A stretch of 64,000 nucleotides of DNA from an uncultured Gammaproteobacteria bacterium (lineage in GTDB: Bacteria > Pseudomonadota > Gammaproteobacteria > CAVZZX01): NCBI GenBank assembly GCA_963779865.1, contig CAVZZX010000004.1, positions 42,661-106,660 of the forward strand, written 5' to 3'. Positions 1-8,451 of the stretch are shown piece by piece; within the stretch, counting starts at the first letter, position 1, and each line of letters opens with the position of its first letter. The position numbers were made by a program, and so were the translations under genes. The notes under the pieces are model-generated. The model was not told where the DNA came from. It saw nothing but the letters and a program-made list of their open reading frames with translations, and made no database searches.

Positions 1-51
1 GGGTGCAAAGGGCGCCTTTGCGCGGGTCAGGCTGTTGTGGATGGTCAGCAT
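1..51 (-). CDS. cysS: Cysteine--tRNA ligase, N-terminal fragment (runs off the window)
   Basis: ATG at 51 reads MLTIHNSLTRAKAPFAP, resembling the CysS N-terminus (MLKIYNTLTRQKEEF). It follows gltX and lies in the usual cysS/ppiB neighbourhood. Not in the ORF track. Confidence 0.8.
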   Translation of the reverse strand, partial: MLTIHNSLTRAKAPFAP

Positions 52-86
52 TGCAGCTCGCAGTGTGAGTGGACCCAAGGCCCGCC

Positions 87-1502
87 TCAGCGGCGTCCCG
101 CCCAGCGTTCCAGCCGCCGCGCCGCACGCTCCCGGCCGATGAGGGGCAGCAGCCGGCCCAGTTCCGGGCCGTCCAGGCGCCCGGTGAGCGCCGCCCGCAG
201 CGGCCGGAACAGCGCCTTGCCGCGCGCGCCGGTGCGCCGCCTGACCTCCTCGCTCAGCGCCTTGAAGTGCGTGTCGTGCAGGGCCAGCGCCTCCACGGCG
301 GCGGTGAAGAACTCGCCGTCCGCCTCCTGCACCACCGCGAGGGCCTCGCCCTCGATCTCGAGCGCCTCCGCATAGATGCCCTCGGCCAGCGCCAGGGCCT
401 GTTCGGGAAACAGCACGTTGCTGCGGGCGGTGGCGCTGAACGCCTCGGCCTCGGCATCGGGCACGCACTCGCGCACCGCCGCGCCGAACCAGGGCCACAA
501 GGTGTCGGCACCGGCCCGGTGCACGGCCTCTTTCTGCCAGAACAGCAGGCGCGCATCGTCGTGGGCGGCGGGCGCGCGCGACAGCCGGCCCGGGTCGAAC
601 GCGGCGGCGAGCCCGGCCAAATCCAGGAACTCGTCATGCCCGTAATAGTGCCCGAGCCGGGCCAGGTGATTGAGCACCGCGCCGGGCAGGAAGCCCGCCT
701 CGCGCAGGTCCCGCACCCCGAGGGCGCCGTGACGCTTGGACAGCGGCCCGCCCTCGCGCCCGGTGACCAGCGCGATGTGCCCGTAGCGCGGCGGCGCCAG
801 GCCGAGCGCCTCCAGGAGCAGGATCTGGCGCGGCGTATTGGCGAGGTGGTCCTCCCCGCGCAGCACATCGGTGATCCCCATCAGGGCGTCGTCCACCGCA
901 TTGGTGAAAAAAAACGCCGGCGTCCCGTCGGCACGACGCACGATGAAATCGCCGATCTCGTCGCTGGCGAAGCGTTGCGGGCCGCGCACCAGATCGGTGA
1001 AGCCCACCGCTTCGCCCGCCGGCACGCGAAAGCGCAGCGTCGCCGGCTCCCCGGCCGCCAGCCGACCGGCGGCCTGATCCGCGCTCAGGTGCGCGCACTT
1101 GCCCGAGTAGCGCGGCGGGCGCCCGGCCGCGAGGGCGGCCTTGCGCGACAGGGCCAGCTCCTCACGGCTGCAGAAGCAGGGGTAGACCCGGTCCAGCGCC
1201 TCCAGGCGCGCGTAGTGGCCGGCATAGATCGCGTGGCGCTCGGACTGCCGGTAGGGCCCCGCGTCACCGCCCGCCGCCATCCCCTCGTCCCAGTCCAGGC
1301 CCAACCAGCGCAAGTCCTCCAGCAGGTCATGGAGGTAGGTGTCCCGGCTGCGCTCGGCATCGGTGTCCTCGATGCGCAGCACAAAGCGGCCCTCCTCGCG
1401 CCGGGCAAGCAGCAGGTTGAACAGCGCGGTGCGCGCATTGCCCAGGTGCAGATGCCCGGTGGGACTGGGCGCAAAGCGCGTTTTGATCGGCAGTGTGCTC
1501 AT
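87..1502 (-). CDS. gltX: Glutamate--tRNA ligase (possibly a second, GluRS2-type paralogue)
   Basis: RFAPSPTGHLHLGNAR (HIGH motif), LRIEDTD, RGEDH, LSKRHG (KMSKS motif), C-terminal LRAALTG..GPEL; 471 aa. Confidence 0.93.
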   Translation of the reverse strand: MSTLPIKTRFAPSPTGHLHLGNARTALFNLLLARREEGRFVLRIEDTDAERSRDTYLHDLLEDLRWLGLDWDEGMAAGGDAGPYRQSERHAIYAGHYARLEALDRVYPCFCSREELALSRKAALAAGRPPRYSGKCAHLSADQAAGRLAAGEPATLRFRVPAGEAVGFTDLVRGPQRFASDEIGDFIVRRADGTPAFFFTNAVDDALMGITDVLRGEDHLANTPRQILLLEALGLAPPRYGHIALVTGREGGPLSKRHGALGVRDLREAGFLPGAVLNHLARLGHYYGHDEFLDLAGLAAAFDPGRLSRAPAAHDDARLLFWQKEAVHRAGADTLWPWFGAAVRECVPDAEAEAFSATARSNVLFPEQALALAEGIYAEALEIEGEALAVVQEADGEFFTAAVEALALHDTHFKALSEEVRRRTGARGKALFRPLRAALTGRLDGPELGRLLPLIGRERAARRLERWAGRR

Positions 1503-1511
1503 GGCAGCGGA

Positions 1512-1540
1512 ATAGTAACGAAATCACGGCAGCGCCACAA
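1512..1540 (-). promoter_or_regulatory. Putative sigma70 promoter of gltX (near-leaderless)
   Basis: TTGTGG-17 nt-TACTAT, ending 9 nt before the ATG; no Shine-Dalgarno visible. Confidence 0.45.
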
Positions 1541-1612
1541 AAGACCCTCGCTTTCGCCGCTGCGGCAAAGCCGATATGATCGAGCGCTTCTCCACAAAAG
1601 GTAAACCGCCCG

Positions 1613-2224
1613 ATGTGCCAGAGAACGCTCGCATTGCTCCTCACCGCGGCCCTGCTGGGCCCCTCGCTGGCGGCCGCGGCCGACGATCACCCCCGTGTAC
1701 GCATGCAAACCAGCATGGGTGCGTTCGTCCTCGAGTTGGACGCGGAGAAGGCGCCGCGCACGGTAGACAATTTCCTGCGCTACGTGCGCGAGGACTTCTA
1801 TGACAACACGATCTTCCATCGCGTGATCGACGGTTTCGTGGTGCAGGGCGGCGGTTTCACGCCGGACTACGCACGCAAGGCGACGCACGCGCCGATCCTG
1901 AACGAGGCGGACAACGGCCTGTTGAACCGCCGCGGCACCATCGCCATGGCGCGCACCTTCGAGCCGCACTCGGCGACCTCGCAGTTCTTCATCAACCTGA
2001 AGAAAAATGCCTTCCTTGACCACAAGAACGACACGCCGCGCGGCTTCGGCTATGCCGTGTTCGGTCACGTGGTCGAGGGCATGGACGTGGTGGACAAGAT
2101 CGCGCGCGTGAAGACCGGCGCGGCCGGGCCGTTTCCCCAGGATGCGCCCGCGCAGCCGGTGATCATCAAGGACGTCGAGATCCTCGACGCGAAGGCCAGC
2201 AACGAAACGGAGACGCAACAATGA
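1613..2224 (+). CDS. ppiA: Periplasmic cyclophilin-type peptidyl-prolyl isomerase
   Basis: Signal peptide followed by [34 protein letters not shown]. Confidence 0.92.
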   Translation: MCQRTLALLLTAALLGPSLAAAADDHPRVRMQTSMGAFVLELDAEKAPRTVDNFLRYVREDFYDNTIFHRVIDGFVVQGGGFTPDYARKATHAPILNEADNGLLNRRGTIAMARTFEPHSATSQFFINLKKNAFLDHKNDTPRGFGYAVFGHVVEGMDVVDKIARVKTGAAGPFPQDAPAQPVIIKDVEILDAKASNETETQQ

Positions 2225-2712
2225 TCAAGCTGCAGACGAATTTCGGCACCATCACGGTGGAGTTGTTCGAAGACAAGGCCCCGGAGACGGCGGCGAACTT
2301 CGTGCGCTATGCGAAGGAAGGCTTCTATGACGGCACCATCTTCCATCGCGTGATCAACGGCTTCATGGTCCAGGGCGGTGGCATGGAGCCGGGCATGAAG
2401 GAGAAGCCAACGCATGCGCCGATCCGCAACGAGGCGGACAATGGGCTGTCCAACGAACGCGGCACCCTGGCCATGGCCCGCACCCCCGATCCGCATTCGG
2501 CGAGCTCGCAATTCTTCATCAATGTGGCGGACAACACCTTCCTGGACTTCAAGGCGGCGACGCCGGAAGGCTACGGCTACTGCGTCTTCGGCAAGGTGGT
2601 CGACGGTATGGACGTGGTGGAGAAGATCAAGGAACAGCCTACCACCACCCGCGGCTGGCATCAGGACGTGCCAGAGGATGACATCCTCCTCGAAAGCGTC
2701 GAGGTCGGCTGA
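2221..2712 (+). CDS. ppiB: Cytoplasmic peptidyl-prolyl isomerase B
   Basis: [33 protein letters not shown]; ATGA overlap with ppiA; precedes lpxH. Confidence 0.95.
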   Translation: MIKLQTNFGTITVELFEDKAPETAANFVRYAKEGFYDGTIFHRVINGFMVQGGGMEPGMKEKPTHAPIRNEADNGLSNERGTLAMARTPDPHSASSQFFINVADNTFLDFKAATPEGYGYCVFGKVVDGMDVVEKIKEQPTTTRGWHQDVPEDDILLESVEVG

Positions 2713-2726
2713 GAGCGCGGCGCCCG

Positions 2727-3443
2727 ATGAGCACCCTGTTCATCTCCGACCTGCACCTGAGCGGCGAGCGGCCGCAGATCACCGCGCAGTTCGTGCGTTT
2801 TCTGGACGGGCCGGCACGCCAGGCCGACGCGGTGTACATCCTGGGCGACCTGTTCGAGGCCTGGCTGGGCGACGACCTGGTCCTGCCTGAACACCGCCCG
2901 GCCCTGGGCGCCATGCAGGCACTCGCCGAAGCGGGCATCCCGCTGTACTTCATGCAGGGCAATCGCGATTTTCTCGCCGGCAGCGAGTTCGAGCGGCTGA
3001 GCGGTGCACGCCTGCTGCCCGATCCCAGCGTGATCGATCTCTACGGGGAGCCCGTGCTGCTGATGCACGGGGACACCCTGTGCACGGACGACCTCGAGTA
3101 CCAGGGCTTTCGGCAGATGGTGCGCAACCCGGCGTGGCAGCGCGAGTTCCTGGACAAGCCGCCGGAGGCGCGCGTGGCCATGGCCCGCGAGCTGCGCGAC
3201 GTCAGCAAGCGGGAAACCGGCCGCAAGGCCGAGACCATCATGGACGTCAACGGCGAGGCGGTGACGGGGGCCTTTCGGCGCCACCGCGTGCGCCGCCTGA
3301 TCCACGGCCACACCCACCGCCCGGCGGTGCACGACCTGGAGGTCGACGGTGTCCCGGTGCAGCGCATCGTGCTCGGCGACTGGTACGAACAGGGCAGCGT
3401 GCTGCGCTGCGACGCGGAGGGCTGCACGCTGGGAGGCCTCTGA
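2727..3443 (+). CDS. lpxH: UDP-2,3-diacylglucosamine hydrolase
   Basis: FISDLHL, GDLFE, GNRDF, HGD, HGHTH, VLGDW; ppiB-lpxH synteny. Confidence 0.95.
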   Translation: MSTLFISDLHLSGERPQITAQFVRFLDGPARQADAVYILGDLFEAWLGDDLVLPEHRPALGAMQALAEAGIPLYFMQGNRDFLAGSEFERLSGARLLPDPSVIDLYGEPVLLMHGDTLCTDDLEYQGFRQMVRNPAWQREFLDKPPEARVAMARELRDVSKRETGRKAETIMDVNGEAVTGAFRRHRVRRLIHGHTHRPAVHDLEVDGVPVQRIVLGDWYEQGSVLRCDAEGCTLGGL

Positions 3444-3461
3444 GCGGCGCGCCCGACCGCC

Positions 3462-4217
3462 TCAGTCCGGCTTTTGGAAGGCGCGCCCCTGGCGCAGCTC
3501 TTCGATGGTGAAGCGTTTGTAGCCCTCGGGCAGGACGAACAGCTCGGCCGCGGGCATGAAGTCGGCGTCGAAGTCGGCAAGCATGCGCGAATAGCCCTTC
3601 GCGTCCCATTCCTGGATCGGAAAACCGTGCGCGAGATAGCGCGTGGGGGCGAAGGTGTCCGCAGCCATGTCGCAGGCGTTGCGCACGTCGGCGGGGATGA
3701 GATTGAAGGTGCGCGCGCTCTCGCCCGCGAGCACCCGGTGGTAGTCACGCAGGGCGGCGACCGCATCGGGCAGCAGGCCCTCGACCGCGACCACATTGGC
3801 GCATTCCTTGCCGCCCGCCTCCAGGCGATAGTGCACCGGCTTCTTGCCGTCGATGCTGGGGGCGTCCTGCATGGAACCGAGCCGCGTTTCGCGCAATTGC
3901 AGCGGGGTGGGCGGCGCGATATCCACCTTGCGGGGCTCGACCACCATGATCGTGCCGTCCTCGGTATTCACGTCGTACACCGTGCGCGTCCGGCGATCGA
4001 ACAGCACGAAGTCCTTGGAGCCCTCGCCCTCGTCGATGCGCAGGTAATGCGGCGCCACCAGCATGCGCACCGGATAGGGATCGATCCCCTTCTCACTCTC
4101 CACGAAGCTCAGCTTGATCACCTTGCCCGGCACGGGCTCGGCGGCAACCACCGGCAGGACCGCCGTGACAAGCAGCGACGCCCCCAGCAGCGCCGCAAGA
4201 AGACGATTCGCGTTCAT
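3462..4217 (-). CDS. Secreted hypothetical protein (DUF4412-like)
   Basis: The real start is probably MNANRLL at 4217 (ATGA overlap with the upstream gene). It has a signal peptide and a beta-rich body, with two Cys. Confidence 0.7.
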   Translation of the reverse strand: MNANRLLAALLGASLLVTAVLPVVAAEPVPGKVIKLSFVESEKGIDPYPVRMLVAPHYLRIDEGEGSKDFVLFDRRTRTVYDVNTEDGTIMVVEPRKVDIAPPTPLQLRETRLGSMQDAPSIDGKKPVHYRLEAGGKECANVVAVEGLLPDAVAALRDYHRVLAGESARTFNLIPADVRNACDMAADTFAPTRYLAHGFPIQEWDAKGYSRMLADFDADFMPAAELFVLPEGYKRFTIEELRQGRAFQKPD

Positions 4218-5032
4218 TGACCACTCCTCTGTGCCATCGCCTCCAGATCGGCGATCTCTTCTTCGGTGAACCCGGCGCGGCGCCGGGCTGCGCAGGCGAA
4301 CGGCCCCCGCACCATGCCGTGCATATACTGACCCAGCAGGCGGCGAAAAGTGCGGCGCGGCTCCAGGCCCCGCTCGGCACACAGCTGCGTGAACCAGTGC
4401 GTGCCGATCGCCACGTGCCCCTCCTCGTCGCGCGCGATGATCTCGAGGATGGCCACGGCGCGCAGATTGCCGGCGGCACGCAGGCGCTCGATCATCGCCG
4501 GCGCGACGTCCAGCCCGCGCGCCTCGAGCACGCGAGGCACCAGCGCCATGCGCACCAGCACGTCGTGGGCGGTGCTCACGGCCATTTCCCAGAGCCCGTC
4601 GTGGGCCGGAAAGTCGCCGTAGTCGTGGCCCAGCTCCCGCAGATGCCCGCGCAGCAAGCCGAAATGATACGCCTCTTCGGCCGCCACCTGCAGCCAGTCC
4701 GCGTAGAAGCGCTCGGGCAGCTCGCGAAAGCGGTAGAGCGCATCGAGGGCGAGATTGATGGCGTTGAACTCGATGTGACACAGCGCGTGGATCAGCGCCG
4801 CCTGGCCCTCGCGGCTGGACAGCCGCCGCCGCGCCAGTTCCCGGGGCGGCACGAGCCGCGGCCGGGCGGGGCGACCCGGCGCCGTGAGGGGACGCGGCGG
4901 GGTGTGCGCCGCCAGGCTCAGTTCCCCCTGCGCCCAGCGGCGGTGCAGGTCGGCGGCGAGCGCCGCCTTGCGCCCGGGGTCGCACTCCGCCAGCGCCGCC
5001 CCGGCGAGGGCAAACAGGCCGGGCGCGCTCAC
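4214..5032 (-). CDS. Ferritin-like DUF455 protein
   Basis: HALCHIEFNAINLA, EEAYHF, PRVLEARGLD, DEEGHVAIG di-iron type motifs. Confidence 0.88.
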   Translation of the reverse strand: MSAPGLFALAGAALAECDPGRKAALAADLHRRWAQGELSLAAHTPPRPLTAPGRPARPRLVPPRELARRRLSSREGQAALIHALCHIEFNAINLALDALYRFRELPERFYADWLQVAAEEAYHFGLLRGHLRELGHDYGDFPAHDGLWEMAVSTAHDVLVRMALVPRVLEARGLDVAPAMIERLRAAGNLRAVAILEIIARDEEGHVAIGTHWFTQLCAERGLEPRRTFRRLLGQYMHGMVRGPFACAARRRAGFTEEEIADLEAMAQRSGQ

Positions 5033-6300
5033 GAGGGCGCCGCGCCCCGCGTGTCGCCGCCGGCGGCCGGCAGTTTCAGCCCGATCACCAAGTCCATCAC
5101 ATTGGTCCCCGTCGGGCCGGTCTGCAAGAGATCGCCGCTCGCCTCCAGGAAGGCGCCGGCATTGGCCGCGCGCAGGCAGCGCGCGGCGTCCAGGCCTTGC
5201 GCCCGGCCGCGCGCCACCGTGGCCCCGTCGACCAGGGCGCCGGCATCCTCGGTCGGCCCGTCCGTGCCGTCGGTGCCGGCGGCGAGCAGCAACACGTCAT
5301 GGCGGCCGGCCAGGGCCGCGGCCGCCGCGAGCGCCAGGTGCTGGTTGCGCCCGCCGCGCCCCGGAGCCGCCGGCAGCCGCACGGTGGTCTCCCCGCCCCA
5401 CAGGTACACCCCGGGCGCCGCCGCGGCCAGCCGCCGACCGATGCCTTCGCCCTGGGCGGCGGCGTCGCCTGCCAGCGTCTCGGCGGCCGCGACCGGCAGC
5501 CCCCAGCCGGTCGCGGTACGCGCCGCGGCCTCCAGGGCCTGTCGGTTGCTGCCCACCAACGCGTGGCGCACGCCCGCCAGGCACGGGTCACCGGGGCGCG
5601 GCGGCGGCGGCGCACGCCCCAGCAGTGTGCCCAGCCACGGCGGCAGCCCCGCGGCCGGTGTCCCCGCCCCGCCCGGCGCCAGCGGCCCGGAACCGATCAC
5701 CGCGGGGTCGTCGCCCAATACGTCCGACAGGAGCAGGACGTGCACCGGGCGCCGGCCCAAGCGCAGTGCCAGGCGGCCGTCCTTGATCAGCGACAGCGCC
5801 CTGCGCACGCCATTCATGGCGGCGATGGGCAGCCCGCTGCCGAGCAACCAGGCATTGACGCGCTGCAGGTCCGCGAGTGTGATCCCCTCGGGCAGGACCT
5901 CGGCCACGGCAGAGGCGCCGCCGGAGAGCAGGACCAGACAGGGCTCGCCGGGGGGCAGCCCCCCCGCAAAGGTCAGCAGCCGCGTCCCTGCAGCGAGGCT
6001 GCCCGCGTCCGGCAGCGGATGCCCGCCTTCCAGGCATTCCAGGCCGGCGACGCTCTCGCAGTGACCGGTCTTGGTGAGGATCAGGCCATCGGCGATCCGC
6101 CCGTCCATGGCCTCCAGCGCCCCGGCCGCCATGCGCGCGGCGGCCTTGCCGATGGCGATCAGGTGACAGGGCCCCGGCGACCTGCCGTGCGCGAGCAGGT
6201 GCTCGGCCACGCAGCGGCGCCCGTCCGCCGCGGCCAGGGCGGCCCGAAAGCCGTCCAGCAGCCGCCGCCGCCAGGCCTCGCGCAGCGCCGGGGAGTTCAC
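5029..6300 (-). CDS. Glycerate kinase type 2 (DUF4147 + MOFRL)
   Basis: AIGKAA, GGHPLPD, LSGGASA, SDVLGDD..IGSGP, GGETTV, GGRNQ, AGTDGTDG, TGPTGTNVMD. GTG start at 6300 is assumed. Confidence 0.9.
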   Translation of the reverse strand: MNSPALREAWRRRLLDGFRAALAAADGRRCVAEHLLAHGRSPGPCHLIAIGKAAARMAAGALEAMDGRIADGLILTKTGHCESVAGLECLEGGHPLPDAGSLAAGTRLLTFAGGLPPGEPCLVLLSGGASAVAEVLPEGITLADLQRVNAWLLGSGLPIAAMNGVRRALSLIKDGRLALRLGRRPVHVLLLSDVLGDDPAVIGSGPLAPGGAGTPAAGLPPWLGTLLGRAPPPPRPGDPCLAGVRHALVGSNRQALEAAARTATGWGLPVAAAETLAGDAAAQGEGIGRRLAAAAPGVYLWGGETTVRLPAAPGRGGRNQHLALAAAAALAGRHDVLLLAAGTDGTDGPTEDAGALVDGATVARGRAQGLDAARCLRAANAGAFLEASGDLLQTGPTGTNVMDLVIGLKLPAAGGDTRGAAPS

Positions 6301-6390
6301 GCCCGGCACCCGCCGCCTGCTAGGATTTTGTGCAGGACCCCCGTCCGCCACGCGGCGCGCCGGCGGGGACAGTGTGAGAGGAGAATCACC

Positions 6391-6576
6391 GTGTTCCTTC
6401 CCAGGCCTGTGTATCGGACACTTCCCACCCTCTATCTGTGCGGCGGCCTGCTGAGCGTATCCCTGCTGGACGGCCCACGGGCCCTCCTCGCGGGCCTGCT
6501 GCTGACCGCCGCCGGGATGCGGGTGCTGCAGATGCGCCGCAGCGCCCGCCGCGGCCGCGTGCCTTCCCGAGGATAA
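6391..6576 (+). CDS. Small (61 aa) membrane protein, not called separately in the ORF track
   Basis: GAGGAG Shine-Dalgarno before GTG; MFLPRPVYRTLPTLYLCGGLLSVSLLDGPRALLAGLLLTAAGMRVLQMRRSARRGRVPSRG has two hydrophobic stretches and a basic tail. Confidence 0.6.
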   Translation: MFLPRPVYRTLPTLYLCGGLLSVSLLDGPRALLAGLLLTAAGMRVLQMRRSARRGRVPSRG

Positions 6577-6598
6577 TCAGCCGCTGATCAGCGGCTGA
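6577..6598. repeat. Perfect 22-bp palindrome TCAGCCGCTGATCAGCGGCTGA
   Basis: Equals its own reverse complement with no spacer; lies in the intergenic gap before the NUDIX gene. Confidence 0.9.
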
Positions 6599-6635
6599 AC
6601 AGCGCCTGTATACTGCAGTCCCGCAGACCGGAACC

Positions 6636-7070
6636 GTGACCATGCACCAGACAGAGCAGACCGGGGCGCTGCCGCGCGTGGGCGTCGGTGCGGTGGTGCT
6701 TCGCGCCGGCGCCGTGCTGCTGGTGCAGCGCGCCCGCCCGCCGGCGGCCGGCCAGTGGGCGATCCCCGGCGGCAAGCTGCACCTGGGGGAACCCCTGCAG
6801 CGGGCGGCGGAGCGCGAGCTGCTCGAGGAGACCGGCGTGCGCGTGCGCGCCGGCGCCCCCGTGTTCGCCTTCGACCTCATCGAGCACGATGCGCGCGGGC
6901 GCTGCACCCTGCATTACGTTGTCGTCGACCTGGAGGCGGAATACCTCGCGGGCGAGCCGCGCCCGGGCGACGACGCTGCGGACGCCCGCTGGGTCACCCC
7001 GGCGCAACTGCCAACCCTGGACGTACACCCGCTGACCCGGCGCCTTCTGCACGAGCGCTACGGGTTCTGA
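6636..7070 (+). CDS. NUDIX hydrolase (ADP-ribose pyrophosphatase-like)
   Basis: Nudix box GGKLHLGEPLQRAAERELLEETG; GDDAADARW. Confidence 0.9.
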   Translation: MTMHQTEQTGALPRVGVGAVVLRAGAVLLVQRARPPAAGQWAIPGGKLHLGEPLQRAAERELLEETGVRVRAGAPVFAFDLIEHDARGRCTLHYVVVDLEAEYLAGEPRPGDDAADARWVTPAQLPTLDVHPLTRRLLHERYGF

Positions 7071-7077
7071 GCGGTTC

Positions 7078-8271
7078 TCAGCCCGCCAGGGCGTCCAGGC
7101 CATGCGCCAGATCGGCCTGGATGTCGGCGAGGTCCTCCAGCCCCACCGCGAGACGCAACAGCCCCTCGGTGATCCCCGCCTCGGCCTTCGCCGGCGCGCT
7201 CAGACGCCCGTGCGTCGTGCTCGCCGGGTGGGTGATGGTGGACTTGGCATCCCCGAGATTGGCCGTGATCGACAACATGCGCGTGGCATCGATCACGCGC
7301 CAGGCGCCTTCGCGGCCGCCCTCCACCTCGACCCCGACCACGCCGCCGAAGCCGCCGCTCTGCTGACGGGCCGCCAGGGCATGCTGCGGATGGCTCTCCA
7401 GCCCCGGATAGTGCACGCGGCGCACCGCCGGGTGCGCCTCCAGCCAGCGCGCCAGGGCCAGTGCGTTTTCGCTGTGCGCCCGCATGCGCAGGCGCAGCGT
7501 TTCCAGCCCCTTGGCGAACACCCACGCGTTGAACGGGCTCATGCTGGGCCCGGCGGTGCGCAGCACGCCGAACACCTCCTTGCCCACGCGCTCCGCGTCG
7601 CCCACGACCGCCCCGCCGACGCAGCGCCCTTGGCCGTCGAGGTACTTGGTGGCCGAGTGGATGACGAGGTCCGCCCCCAGGCTGAGCGGACGCTGCAAGG
7701 CCGGGGTGCAGAAACAATTGTCCACCACCAGCAGACTGTCGTTCGCGTGGGCGAGCTCGGCAAGCGCGCCGATGTCGGCCACCTCGGTCAGCGGGTTGGA
7801 CGGCGTCTCCAGGAACAGCAAGCGCGTCTCGCGGCGCAGCGCGCCCTGCCAGGCGGCCAGGTCACTGAGATCGACGAAGCTGATCTCCACACCGAACTTC
7901 GTCATGTAATTGCTGAACAGGGCCGTAGTCGTGCCGAACACCGCCCGCGAGCAGACCACGTGGTCGCCGGCCTTGAGCAGCGCGAGGCAGGTGCTGAGGA
8001 TGGCGGCCATCCCGGAGGCGGTGGCCACGCAGGCCGCGCCGCCCTCGAGCGCCGCCAGCCGGGCCTGGAAAGTGGCGACCGTTGGGTTGGTGAAACGCGA
8101 ATAGATGTTGCCCGGCTCATCGCCGCCGAAGCGGGCGGCCGCCTGGGCGGCGCTGTCGAAGACATAACTGGAGGTGGTGAAGATCGGCTCCGAATGCTCG
8201 TGCTCACTGGTGCGTACCTGCCCGGCGCGCACCGCCAGCGTGTCGAAACCCAAGTCCTGCTCAGAGTTCAT
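7078..8271 (-). CDS. metZ: O-succinylhomoserine sulfhydrylase
   Basis: YSRFTNPT, SGMAAI, ETPSNP, VDNCFCTP, HSATKYLDGQG (PLP lysine); downstream of purF as in Pseudomonas. Start MNSEQ at 8271. Confidence 0.93.
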   Translation of the reverse strand: MNSEQDLGFDTLAVRAGQVRTSEHEHSEPIFTTSSYVFDSAAQAAARFGGDEPGNIYSRFTNPTVATFQARLAALEGGAACVATASGMAAILSTCLALLKAGDHVVCSRAVFGTTTALFSNYMTKFGVEISFVDLSDLAAWQGALRRETRLLFLETPSNPLTEVADIGALAELAHANDSLLVVDNCFCTPALQRPLSLGADLVIHSATKYLDGQGRCVGGAVVGDAERVGKEVFGVLRTAGPSMSPFNAWVFAKGLETLRLRMRAHSENALALARWLEAHPAVRRVHYPGLESHPQHALAARQQSGGFGGVVGVEVEGGREGAWRVIDATRMLSITANLGDAKSTITHPASTTHGRLSAPAKAEAGITEGLLRLAVGLEDLADIQADLAHGLDALAG

Positions 8272-8311
8272 CGAAGTGCCCTGCCCTGTTGCCGTGAGAT
8301 CCCGCGGGCAC

Positions 8312-8342
8312 AAAAAAAACCCGCCGAGCCAAAGCGGGTTTT
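8312..8342 (-). terminator. Intrinsic terminator in the metZ leader (riboswitch expression platform)
   Basis: AAAACCCGC-TTTGGCTCG-GCGGGTTTTTTTT: a GC stem followed by a U8 tract. Confidence 0.88.
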
Positions 8343-8345
8343 CAC

Positions 8346-8400
8346 CCTCGCTTTAGCTGCATTTATCAAGCGCCCGCAAGCTGAGCTCAAATCGGCGCTG
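8346..8400 (-). ncRNA. SAM-II (SAM_alpha-type) riboswitch aptamer
   Basis: AGCGCCGATTTGAGCTCAGCTTGCGGGCGCTTGATAAATGCAGCTAAAGCGAGG: P1 is AGCGCC/GGCGCT, the pseudoknot pairs TTGCG/TGCAG, and the conserved GATTT, TGATAAA and GCTAAA are present. It lies upstream of a Met biosynthesis gene. Confidence 0.9.
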
Positions 8401-8406
8401 TCACTC

Positions 8407-8436
8407 ATCCTAAGAGCCGCCCGGCGAAGCCGTCAA
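8407..8436 (-). promoter_or_regulatory. Putative sigma70 promoter of the riboswitch-metZ transcript
   Basis: TTGACG-18 nt-TAGGAT; the predicted start falls at the 5' end of the aptamer. Confidence 0.65.
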
Positions 8437-8451
8437 GCCCGGCCCTGCGAC

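Noticed and set aside
6606-6622. CTGTATACTGCAG considered as a LexA box
   Set aside because: It lacks the CTGT-N8-ACAG spacing and is better read as a -10 element.
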